From: the human T2T-CHM13v2.0 reference genome, Homo sapiens
Strand: one strand, 5' to 3'
Length of the DNA: 64,000 bases
Assembly: GCF_009914755.1 (NCBI RefSeq)
Contig: NC_060928.1
The translations under genes were made by a program, and so were the position numbers. A model generated the notes under the pieces. That model saw nothing but the letters and a program-made list of their open reading frames with translations, was not told where the DNA came from and ran no database searches. This document shows positions 27,623 through 40,061 of the stretch, in pieces (the stretch's first letter is position 1; each line of letters begins with the position of its first letter).

Positions 27623-29103
27623 TTTTACAACATCTTCAATTACCAGTTTCTTTAAAAACACTGTTGGTAAGATAGGTTTGCGATTATTTCACTTCTCCAA
27701 GCTCCCTCAACAAATGAATTTTTCTCCATTTATTTGGCATCTAATTATATGCCCCTATTAAGTTTATGTTTAAATCTCCCCTTTGTATGCCTTGTATCCA
27801 ATAAAGTTATTATTTCTAAACAGATTGTATGTAAATATTGTTAAATATAATTCACTTAAGGTAGAGAGGGGTGTAATCTATTCAGACAGTAGGTCTGAAT
27901 TATTAAGGGATATAAATACATTTTGCCTACTTGGAGCTCCGAAGTATCAAAATCCATTGATCATTGTCGTAAATCCAAACTGTCTCCCTTGTGAGGCTTA
28001 CTCTAAACTATGCAGTAACATTTTGGAGGGGGAGGGAATGAGCCTCAAAAGGTGGACGGGAATACTACTAAGGTTAACGTTTATTTAAGTTTTAACAATT
28101 AGTCCTTATATTTATAACTATTTGCCAGCTAAATAGGATCAATATGCAGGAAAAAGGGAGTGTTATCAGTATTTCATGATGCTAGTTAACATGTATTTTG
28201 AAATGCTGTTTCATTATTAGCTCAATAGTATAATGTGTGATATTATAGATAAATATAATGTCTTTTTTTATTCAAAAGAATTGGTAATAACTGATAAGAG
28301 TCTAAGATTCTTAAGAACCTTACATCTGTTTTCTTAGATTCTCACTTGACGAGGGCATAATAAGAGAAAAGGGGCTCGGTAAATATTTGTCAAATAAGCG
28401 GTTTTTTTTTTTCTAATGCATTTTCTCTGGTATATAAGGGGTGGCAGAACACGTAAGGGATACTTAGTGAATGTGTTTATTTTAATAGAGACTATTTTTA
28501 TTTAAACATGAACATGTAGAAAGTTGATATTTATGTATATGAGGATAGGTAAGTGTTGTCCATAACTTTCTCAATTCTAAGATCTTTGATGGCATTCTTT
28601 TCTCTTTCTTTGTAGAGCCTAGTACAGTTGCTTATATGGCAATATACTTCATCAATTCTAAGATGCTCTCTTTTTTAACCTTTAAACATTATTTGGGTAT
28701 AAACGTAGCTTAAATGTGTTTTCTTGTTTAAACTGCTTTTTGCCACAAAGTTACATTTGTGATGGCTAATAAATAGTACTGTAGCCTAATTTGCTCATTG
28801 ACGTGTGATTGGAAAATTTTAGCTTACTAAATTAAATACCCAAGTTTATCTTAATAACCAAACCCACCTATTTAAGACATTGAATTTAGTGTTATTTAAG
28901 GCTCATGTGTGCTCATACACTTTAAAAATTATTATATGTGATTTTTGGTAAATAAGACAATATTTAGTAATTTGTGAATGTGGAAAATGAATACCATTTT
29001 TAGTTCAATGGTATAGAATAAAATATGATATTTTAATTTAAAAATGTCTTCTTGGAGTTCTTGATTCAGATTGTAATCCTAGTTTTTCCTGCTCCTTCCA
29101 TAG

Positions 29104-29235
29104 CTTCCTGCAGATTTCACAAAACTGCATCTTACTGACAGTCTCCACCCACAGGTGACCCACGTTTCTTCTAGCCATTCAGGATGTAGTATCACTAGTG
29201 ATTCTGGGAGCAGCAGTCTTTCTGATATCTACCAG
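29104..29235 (+). CDS. RAPGEF2: RAPGEF2 coding exon A (132 nt, phase 0-0): [10 protein letters not shown]...SSSLSDIYQ
   Basis: Acceptor ctccttccatag|CTT, donor CAG|gtaaga; 44 codons open. Confidence 0.96.
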
Positions 29236-29454
29236 GTAAGAGGATGTTTTCCTTGTCATTTGCTTCATTTTCATTTATTCCAAGAAATTTTAAGGTTCTC
29301 AGCTGATAGAATCTATAAAATAAATATATGTGTATATTACATGTGCATGTAAGTACATAAAATATTAATGTTTATTTCGTATATGTTATTTTTAGGGTGT
29401 AGAACTGCTGTCTGATTATACTGCCTCTGCTATGACGAGTTATCAAAGTGTTCC

Positions 29455-31530
29455 TTTTTTTATTTGTATAAATTTGTGGGGTAAAAGTGTAATTTTGTTG
29501 CATGGATAGATTGCATAGTGGTGAAGTCAGGGCTTTCAGGTTATACATCACCCCAATAACCTACATGGTGCCCGTTAAGTAATTTCTCATTATGCACCCC
29601 CTACTCCCGCATGTGCTGAGTCTCCACTGCTTATCATTCCACACTCTGCATCCATGTGTAAACATTATTTAGCTCCCACTTGTGACTGAAAACGTGGTAT
29701 TTGTCTGTCTGTGTCTGAATTATTTCAATCAAGATAGTGGCCTCCACTTCCATCCATATTGCTGCAAAAGACATGATTTCATTTTTTATGGCTGAATAGT
29801 ATTTCATTGCATATATGTACTGTACTTTATTCTGTCATCCATTGATGAACACTTTGGTTGATTCTATATCTTTGCTATTGTGAATAGTGCTGCAATAAAC
29901 ATACAGGTGCAGGTATCTTTTTGATACAATGATTTATTTTCCTTTGGGTAGATACTCAGTCATGAGATTGGTAGATTGAATCGTAGTTCTATTTTTAGTT
30001 CTTGGAGAAATCTCCATACTGTTTTTCATCAAGAGATTGTACTAGTTTACATTCCCACCAGCTGCATATAAGTGTTCTCTTATCTCCACATCCTCACCAT
30101 CTGTTACTATTTTTGTCTTTTTCATGACAGCCATTCTGACTGGTGAAAGATAGTATCTCATTGTGGTTTTAATTGGCGTTTCTCTGATGATTAGTGATAT
30201 TAAGCATTTTTTCATATGTCTGTTGGCTATTTGTATGTTTTCTTTTGAAAATGTCTATTCATGTCCTTTCCCCACTTTTTAATGGGATTAATTTTTTTGC
30301 TGTTGTTGTTATTCAGTTGTTTGAGCTTCTGGATATGAGTCCCCAGTAGGATACATAGTTAGCAAATATTTCTCCCATTATACCGATTATGTGTTCACTC
30401 TGTTGATTATTTCTTCTACTGTGCAGAAGGTTTTTAGTTTTATTAAGTCCCATTTGTCTGTTTTTGTTGCCTGTGCTTTTGAGGTCTTACTCCTGAATTA
30501 TTTGCCTAGACCAGTGTCCAAAAGAATTTTCCCTAGATTGTCTTCTAATATTTTTATAGCTTTGGGTCTTAAGTCTTCAATCTGTTTTGAGTCGATTTTT
30601 ATTTATGCTGAAAGATAGGGGTCCAGTTTCATTATATGGTAATCCAATTTTCCCAGCACCATTTATCGAAAAGGGTGGCTTTTCCCCAGTATATGTTCTT
30701 CTTGGCTTTGTCAAAGATCGGTTGGCTGTAAATACGTGACTTTATTTCTGGGTTCTTTATTTTGTTCCATTGATCTATGTACCTATTTTAATACCAGTAT
30801 CATGCTGTTTTAGTTATTATAACCTTGTAGTATAATTTGTTCTTTCTGCTCAAGATTGCTTTCACTATTCAGGCTCTTTTGTGATTACGTATGAACTTTA
30901 GGATTTTTTTTTTTCTAATTCTGTGAAAAATGATGCTGGGATTTTGATAGGAATTACATTCAATCTGTATATTGCTTTAGGCAGTATGGTCATTTTAATG
31001 ATATTAATTCTTTCAATCCATGAGCATGGGATGTTTTCTCATTGTTTGTGTCATCTACAATTTCTTTCATCAGTGTTTATTATAGTTTTCCTTGTAAAGC
31101 TCTTTCACCTCCTTGGTCGAATATATTCTAGGTATTTTGTTTTTTCTGTAGCTATTGCAAATGAGATTGCTTTCTTGATTTTGTTCTCAGCTAGATTGTT
31201 ATTGTTGTATAGAAATGCTACTGATTTGTGCATATTGATTTTGCATTCTGAAACTTCCCTGAATTCTTTTATCAAATCTAACAATTTTTTGATGGAGTCT
31301 TTAGGGGTTTCTATATATAATGAGATCATTCCATCAGTGAACAGGGATAATTTCACTTCCACTTTTCCAGTTTGGGTGCCTTTTATTTCATTCTCTTGCC
31401 TAATTGCTCTGGCTAGGACTTAGAATACTATTTTGAATAGGAGTGGGAAAGTGGGCATCCTTGTTACAGTTCTTATGGGGAATGCTTTCAACTTTTCCCT
31501 GTTCAGTAAGCTGTAGGTTTGTCTTATATT
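29455..31530 (-). mobile_element. Older L1 (L1PB/L1MA-like), 3' UTR plus ORF2 fragment
   Basis: L1 3' UTR motifs; minus ORF 31105..31362 (EVKLSLFTDGMI...KINMHKSVAFLY) is a degenerate RT 'FADD' region. Confidence 0.92.
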
Positions 31531-32453
31531 ACAAGTTTTTCTTATTAAAGTCCATACTGAGTGTGACAAAAGGAAGGGCCTAATAAGACTGGATCATTGA
31601 ATTAGCTTCCTTGTGTTTTTAAAAAATTATTAGATTTAGTATCTGCTTAAAATAAATTTTTATGATACTGAAGGATAGAAAATAAGCCAGAGCTATGGGA
31701 TTCCAAAACTGTTTTTAAAATAAAATAATTCTAATTGTTAAGAAACATTTTATTAGCTTTGAATGTGCAAATTTAGGAAAAGAGACTGAAATATACACAA
31801 ATATCCTTATTTGGCCTTCAAATACATTATGTTACTATTGGATTGTATATGGTTTCAAGCAAAATAACATTATTCTTACTTTACAAAGAATAACTCTTGG
31901 CTTATTAGGAACTGTGGCATGAAATAACCGTAAAAATAACTTTCTTTAGAGACAATATAGTTATGAAGGATCATTGTTGTATTTAGTCAGTGCTGTTTTT
32001 ATTTTTTTAATTATTGAAAGTTAGTGAACAATTAAGAATACCATCAATACAAGACATATTCATTTAGGTCCTAAATTTAGTAGATCTTGAAAAATAATTT
32101 TCTTTTAAAGAGATAGTATACTAGTTATATACTTTTCTCAGTTTACCTCCTCATCACATACACACAAACACACCATTTATTCTGAAAGTTGATTTTTCTA
32201 AACATTTATCGAAGAGTTCCCTTGTGTAAAACAATGAACAGTATACATAAAAGTTGTATTTTAGTTTATATTAATTGAAATATTATGGCAGAGCCTTCAT
32301 CCTCTAAACTTTGAGATTATTATTATACATCTTGAAAATCTATAGTGAGAATACAGCTTGAGGTTACAATTATCACTGTTCTCATCAAATAAATACAAAC
32401 TTGGATGAAACTCCTAAAAGGTAAATCTATTAAGATAATGAAGTAACTTGTTT

Positions 32454-32747
32454 GACCAGGTGCAGTGGCTCATGCCTGTAATCCCAGCATTTTGGGGGGC
32501 CAAGGCAGGCAGATCACTTGAGGCCAGGAATCTAAGACCAGCCTGGCCAACATGGTGAAACCCCATCTCTACTAAAATACAAAAATTAGCCAGGTGTAGT
32601 GGTGCATGCCTATAGTCCCAGCTACTCGGGAGGCTGAGGCACGAGAATCTCTTGAGCCCCAGAAGTTGTCAGAGCAGTGATCCAAGATCTCCCCACTGCA
32701 CTCCAGCCTATGGGGCAGAGCAAGACTCCGTCTCAAAAAACAAAAAA
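32454..32747 (+). mobile_element. Alu (S-type)
   Basis: TSD aagtaacttgtttg (32441-32454 / 32746-32759). Confidence 0.94.
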
Positions 32748-33899
32748 GTAACTTGTTTGTATAATCGATTGAGGCATATTCTGAGGGGAATTCTAGTCAT
32801 ATGTGCTTTTACCTTGAATAGGCTAGATAAGTACATGAGGAAATGCAGATGGTACTTCTGCCCCTGGTTATCATCTGATTGTCTGTGAAACCAGAGTGTG
32901 GATGAGAGTTCCTAATTGCTCTAACATAGTTGGAGCTTACAGCCTGCTATCTGGCTTTATCTTTGGGTGTAGATGAAGAAGAGGATCCCTGTGCATCATT
33001 TCAGTTGCTTAAGTGTCAAAGCTATTTGTTTCAAATTTGATGACAGGCAGATAGCCTGTAAGTATATATCCATCATAAGGAAAAATCCATAGATGTATCT
33101 AAGGATCTAGTTATTGGCTGTGCAAAACTTAACATTTAGTAGAGATTTTCAGTAGACCACTTCTGTTGTCTTTGAATCTGAACTTAAAATGAGAAGTCTG
33201 ACATGCATCTGGTTCAACTTCCAAATTTGCATTTGAATCCTCTGCTTCTCTCCTGTGAATCAAGCATCCAGTTTATTCTTGAACAATTCCAAGGGTGAGC
33301 AACTTTCTCCCCTAGAAGCCTATTTGATCTTCATACAGTTCTGATTTCAGAGGTCTCCTGTCACATTGAAGTGAGAATAAATGCTCACAAGATGGACACA
33401 GAGAGATTGAATTTAGATGCTGTACACCAGGGAGATATGGATAGAATAATGTTGCTGAGATGGTGGGAAGAGAGGAATTCATGAGTGAATTCTTAGTCAT
33501 TCTTAATTACTAACCTTAAGAGAAGAAACATTCTTCTGTTTTAACAGGAACACATCCTGGGGAGTTTGGGAGTTGTGGGAGTTCCTGTCTTAGACTTCTG
33601 TTTTCTCTCGGAAGAGTTGAGTTCATTTGTTGAGAGTGAGAGGGTTGGCAGGTAGAGAGTTTTAAGGAGAGAGAAGTTTTGAAATAATAGTTGCAGAGAG
33701 TAGGAGAACAAATTGACCAGAGAAATGGAGATTCAATTGAGTTAGTGCCCTCAAATATAAAGTGATTTCCCTCTGCTCTGTTAAGTAGCTTTCTCCACAG
33801 TAAGCACAAAGAAAGCAAGGATTTGACTTCACCCAGGACTGAAGTTTGTTAAGTGAGTGTAATACAAAGACAGGTCGAGCAACAAGGCAAGCGTTTTCT

Positions 33900-34240
33900 A
33901 ACTGCAGATCATAGCTTTTGTATGCCTTCTGCCTGGAATGTTTTCTCCTAGCTTGATCCTTTTCAGCCTTTGTTTTCAAGTGTCATCTCCTCAGAGTTGT
34001 TCCTTTATAATCCTCTGTAAAGGAAGTCCTCCATTTTGATTCCTTTCCTGCCTAATCTTTTTATTTCCTTCCTAGACGCCAATTGAACCAATTATTAATT
34101 TTTATGTTATCTCTCTGCCTAGAAGAATGACACCTTCAAGAAGGCAGGGAACTTGTCTCTCTTGTCTCTATTTTTTCCCCTAGAGCCTAGCACAGTGCCA
34201 GGAAATTTTAGGCATTCAGTAAAGATGTGTTGAATGAATG
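33900..34240 (+). mobile_element. L2 3' remnant (approximate)
   Basis: gcctagcacagtgccagg...cattcagtaaagatgtgttgaatgaatg L2 tail. Confidence 0.7.
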
Positions 34241-37200
34241 TAATTGAAATAATAGACTAGGGAATATAAGCTGGATATGAAAGGAAGACAGGTGTGAACA
34301 CTAGACACAGAAGGTAGTAGAGTCTTGAGTGAAGATCCTTCTTAAGTTGAAAAAGGGTTACCTTAGAAGCAGATGGGGGCAGGTTGAAAGAATAGAAGGT
34401 TGTTGGTGATTGAAAGCTTTAATGCCTAAGTTAGTAATACGAGACAATGCCATTTCCAGCCATGATAAGGTCCTGGTTAAATGGTATGGCCATCAGGATC
34501 AGAGCGAGTGGCTTAGGCAAACCGGAAATAGTTGTACAAAATAGATAGATCAATAGAACAGAGAGTTCAAGCAAAATTGAACTCATGTGTAAGGATGTAA
34601 TATGTAATAGAGGAAACTTCACAAATCAATAAAGAAAGTGATGGATCATTCAATAAATGGTCTTTGGGGTTGGGGAATCATTTTGTATTCTTATTTTGTA
34701 TCATAATTAAAATAAATTCCTGATAAACTAAAGAGTTAGCAAACAATGTTTTAATAAAGGATCAAAACATTTTGTAATTAGAACATCAATTGATAAGAAG
34801 ATTTAAAGTCAGAATATAACTGATTTACACAAATAAGAAAAATACTCAGCTCACAATGTTAAAATGTTCAAAGGACAGTAGTTGGTAACTTACAGAAACG
34901 AAAATGCAAATGTCTACACCTTAAGTATTTGAAACATAATAGTAATTGAGCATATAAGGACTTAAATATGAAATTATTCTGCCTATCAAATTAGCACAGA
35001 TTTTCTTACTTAAAATAAGCATTTATAGACATTTTTATATACTCCTCGTAGGATTGTAATTTTGGGGAAGCAACCTAACGATTTACATTAAGAGCTTTAA
35101 AAAATTGTTCTTCTCTTTTAGGCATATATATGCTTTTAATAAGCAAAACTTTTTTGGCAAGTGATTTTAAAGTGCTTACTGATAAAACATGCAGTATTTG
35201 ATTTTTATTTTAGTTAAATTAATACTTCAGTAGAGCTTTATGGCATAAAAATTTTTTTGTTTGTGAATTTTCTTGATTTTTTTTAAAAAATGTAAAATAA
35301 ATTGGTTTTAAGAACTGTGTTCACAATAGCAGAATGTATTTAGTCCCTTTTGATTTAAATAGTGGAGCTTTCAGCATTGATCTGAGAATATTGTTTTTAA
35401 AAGAATATCACTATTTAAATATTAATGGACAACAAAATCTATGTTAGTCAGTACCTGTATAAGATAAATTAATTTAAGACAGGAGTTATTTGGCTAACAT
35501 AACTATGTAAACCTTTCTCCTTGTTCCTGAAACAAATATATCCAGATAAGCTTTTAAATATAAAGCGTCTGTTTTAGTGTCTTTATTTAGAAAAAAAGGG
35601 TTTAAAGACATGCGTGAGTCTTAGTAGTGTTGTTATTTGGAGGAAGCTAGAAAACAATAAGTGTTATGTTCATAGGCAAATATGTATTTAAACTTTTTAT
35701 CTTTTATGACTTAGCAAAGTGGAAAACATTTTATTACTGTATTATATTTCAATTTTTTTTTATAAGACTATTGAGAATGTCGAGCAAAGTGCAGAGTACT
35801 TAGTATTTCTTGGTTGGTCACACCTGATTTTGAGTCCTAGCACAGTTACTGTGTTTTGTTTTGCTTACATTGAACAACTTATTTAATGTCCTTGACATTT
35901 TCTCCTCTGTAAACTAGGGTTAGTAATACTAACTTGCTGAATTGATATGAAGATTATTATGTTTTAAAACATCAACTTTAGTGCTAGACACATATGATAG
36001 TCATTCAATATAGGTTCACTATTTTTATAATTGGTGTATGAACCAGTTGACCAGAATGTATTTGTGCAGTTAGTCTAAGATACTATTTTACAAATATATA
36101 AGGAGAGTGTGGTGTTTAACAGAATTTTGTGGGGTTTTTTGGTCAAATTCCACAAATATAAATTGCGTGCAGCGTTCATTGCTGCTATGGGGAGAGGTAG
36201 AAGGTGTACAAGTTCTAAGATGAAGAAAGTATCCCCTTGAGGAAGGGACTTTTGATCTAGCTTGAGACTGGCTTGCTTTCTCCCTTATTTGATCCAAAAG
36301 CAGTCCTATGAATAGTAAGAAGTTGTATCTACAGTTTACATCGATGATAAGATGGGCTTGTGGAGGTTAAGTGACTTTGCTAAAATCACATCATGAATAG
36401 TAGAGGTGAGATTTGGAGCCACAAAACTGAGTTTGTTCACACAGTAAATACTACATTCTAGGTACTCTTCTTAAGTTTAGTACTCCTCCTGGAGACCAGT
36501 TTGTGTTCCTTAAACTTTTAACTCCACTTAGTCTCTAAACATCTTGTCCACAAGGCAGTGGTATTATGAAATTAGTAGGTCCCTGAAAAGTTGTTTATCA
36601 CGTTCTTTTAAAGAGTATGATTTAGAGAATCTGTAGTATTTTAAGGTAAAATGGTTATTTATTCTAAATAATAATCTCTAAATTTTTGGTTTAGTAAATG
36701 TTATTTTATGAATAGTTTGTTTCTTAAAGCATGGAATGCACATAGAGATAGCAAGCAACTGTGATCTTTTAAATAAAGTGGAAGGTTCAGTTTGGGAGAG
36801 ATAAATCCAGTTGACAGTTGAAAGTCTTTATGTTCTGCTTAAGACTTAAATATAAATAATTTAAACGATAATTATTTCTTTGGGATGGTATAAAATATAT
36901 TCCATCTTTTTGCATACATTAGATGTTTTAAAATTAAAGAAAAACCATTAGCTATATAAATTATTGAAAATATTTTTAAAATTTCTGTCTTTGGTAGTGT
37001 CCTTTCTTCACTCTATGCTAATATTAAAGAATGTTTATATAGAGAACTGATAATATTTTTGAAAATATAAGGTGATGAGTAATAAATAGTCTTCAATGTG
37101 AAGATGAAACTGAGGTAAAAATGTGATCATAGCAAGCATTAGCAAATTGTATTTCTAGACTTCAGGGTCAGGTGCTGATAACAATGTTGACCTATTTTCT

Positions 37201-37547
37201 CTAACCACAACCTTGGCATACTATATCACATCAAGTTCTACTTCAGTTTCCTTCTTAAATCTAGCAATGATTCAGTTAATTTTGAGTTTAAATTATGAGA
37301 TGTGTTTCTGAGTGTGTCACAGTTCTGTCTGTATGGGCTGCAGTGGCTTATTACTCTCCTGCCTGCAGTATCTCTGCTTATAATGACCAGGCCATTGAAC
37401 TTTCATAAACATTAGGTTTTCTGTCTTCAATGATTTTCCCCTTAAGTTTCTTTTTTAAATAATATATGCATTTTAGTTCAGGAAATTGTACCTAAAGAGC
37501 AGAAAATGTGATAAAACTCATTGTTAACACATGCTTGTATTATTTCA

Positions 37548-37967
<420 letters not shown>

Positions 37968-38029
37968 TTAAATTATAGGAAAAGGATAGATCCTTATATA
38001 AGCCACATTCATATTCAGTGAATGTTTAA

Positions 38030-38280
38030 AAAGAGACAGATTAGATTGCGATTAAGACTCTGAAGCCAGAATTCCTGGGTTGTAGTCTTGATTCCACAGT
38101 TTATCAGCAGCATGACCTTGGAAAAATTATTTCTCTTCACCTAAGTGTTAAGAGAATAATAAAAGTTAATAATGGCTTTTACTTTATAGGGTTGTTTTAA
38201 GGATTAGATGAGTTAATAAATACATAGCAATTAGAGCAGTACCTGACACATTGTAAGTATTTAGTGTTACCTTATTATTA
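38030..38280 (+). mobile_element. MIR (further MIR-like fragments near 3445-3640, 3890-4050, 6730-6910, 21290-21470, 35790-36020 and 45690-45900)
   Basis: gactctgaagccagaattcctgggtt...tgaccttggaaaa...ggattagatgagttaata MIR core. Confidence 0.7.
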
Positions 38281-39354
38281 TTATCAAAGTCAGTATTTTA
38301 TATTTTTATCTTTCTTTTAAAAAATATTTTTTTCTTAAAAAAGGTATTTATTATCTTTGAGAATCGTATGGGCTATGATTTGAAGTTGAACTTTGTAATA
38401 TACGTTTTCTACAAAATTAATAATTGTATAAGATGTTTTCAAGATTTTAATATTTCATTTGGAAAAACACTTCTGTTCAAGATTGATGTAGTTAATATTT
38501 AATTGAATTCATTTTTACTATGCTTAAGTGATAATTGAAGTCTAGGTATATAATGTCAAATAAGATCTGTATGATATATACATACATATTGCTGAGATGA
38601 TAGTCACAAAAGGCTACATGGTGACCTAGAAAGGATAACTGTTCTAGGATTGAGCTAGTTCAACAAAAGAGGCCATCTTGAAATGTGTGACTCCAGTGAC
38701 TTAGAAAATTTGCAGGTATCTTGATAACTTGAAGTTTAGTGATGTGATTACCTGTGTTGATGAATGGGAAGAAAGAGTATGTTGCCTTTACGCGTATGGT
38801 CTCCTATAGTGTTTCTCGATTTATAGTTTAACAGTGGTCATTGGGATAATCCAACTAATTGTTAATGTTTCGTTTGCATATTTATCAAGTTACCTTTGAT
38901 TTGTGGCTCATTTTTCCATAAGGACTGTCTAATTGGGGTAAAATGGTCCAGGCTTCTTGGCATTAATAAATTCACACCTATTCTGCAAAAGGAATTGCTC
39001 AGAATTGTCACCCTTAAGCTGTTAGCCTAAGCCATTCTCTTTGAAGAATGGAGTGAAAACAAATACTTTTTCTTCTTTATTCTACTATGTTTCAAATGCC
39101 ATATGACAGCTAGGATAAGAAATCAAAATTACTGAGATAAAGTCGTTATTCCTGACCAAAAATTTAATAGGAGGTGGAATCACTCATATTTTGTTAAAGT
39201 AATTGTTACATGTAGTTTCTGGTGCATACATAGTTGTTGGATGGAAAAATAAATATAACAAGCATTATTTTGAATGAGGCTTGCTCTTGTTTCTTTGGGC
39301 CCCAAAGATTTATTTACTTAAAATAGTTTTTAATTTTTGTGTGTGTGTCTTAAG

Positions 39355-39532
39355 GCCACAGAAAGCGAGGCTGGTGATATGGACCTGAGTGGGTTGCCAG
39401 AAACAGCAGTGGATTCCGAAGACGACGACGATGAAGAAGACATTGAGAGAGCATCAGATCCTCTGATGAGCAGGGACATTGTGAGAGACTGCCTAGAGAA
39501 GGACCCAATTGACCGGACAGATGATGACATTG
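39355..39532 (+). CDS. RAPGEF2: RAPGEF2 coding exon B (178 nt, phase 0-1): [10 protein letters not shown]...DRTDDDI, acidic region
   Basis: Acceptor gtgtcttaag|GCC, donor ATTG|gtaagc; overlaps ORF 39337..39570. Confidence 0.96.
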
Positions 39533-40061
39533 GTAAGCTTGAACAGGAAAATGAATCTACGAGCAATTAAAAAGATTTAGTGGCAAAATTGTCTGATGAA
39601 ATAGAGCCCAAGACTAGTAGGCTTTAAAAACTCATTAATTTATTAATTTCCTTTGTATAAACAGTAGTATTTGTTGGACAAAAATTGGAAAAAATCAGGT
39701 TTACTCAGTCTTACCTTCAGGAGTCTACAAATAATAATGTGAATGAAACTTCTTAGTAAACCCTTTCCACATAAACCCTTTCTTAAGCTTAGTTTATGAC
39801 AAAAAAAAAAAAGTTAAAATGAGCCTTTCAAGCAGTATTACTTCTATTAATTTTCTCGTGAGCACTGTTTTTATTAAGCTCATGTTTTCTGTATGTAAAC
39901 ATAAAGGCAGTTGGTAAAATTGTCACAGTGATTTGCTTCTACTCTGGTTTTGTGTGAAGACGCAAGTGGGTGGAAGGAGACAGCAAAATGTCAGGTTAGT
40001 GGCATATAGGCTGTGTGATGGTTGAGACTTTTTTTCTGTCTTTCTTTTGCTGTTTTTGTCC

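Noticed and set aside
30923-31423. 166-aa hydrophobic, membrane-protein-like ORF
   Set aside because: It is the antisense reading of a degenerate L1 ORF2, a common artefact.
39330-39566. Antisense ORFs over exons (also 47035-47372, 54610-54798, 56362-56580)
   Set aside because: Shadow ORFs of the sense coding exons with no independent signals.
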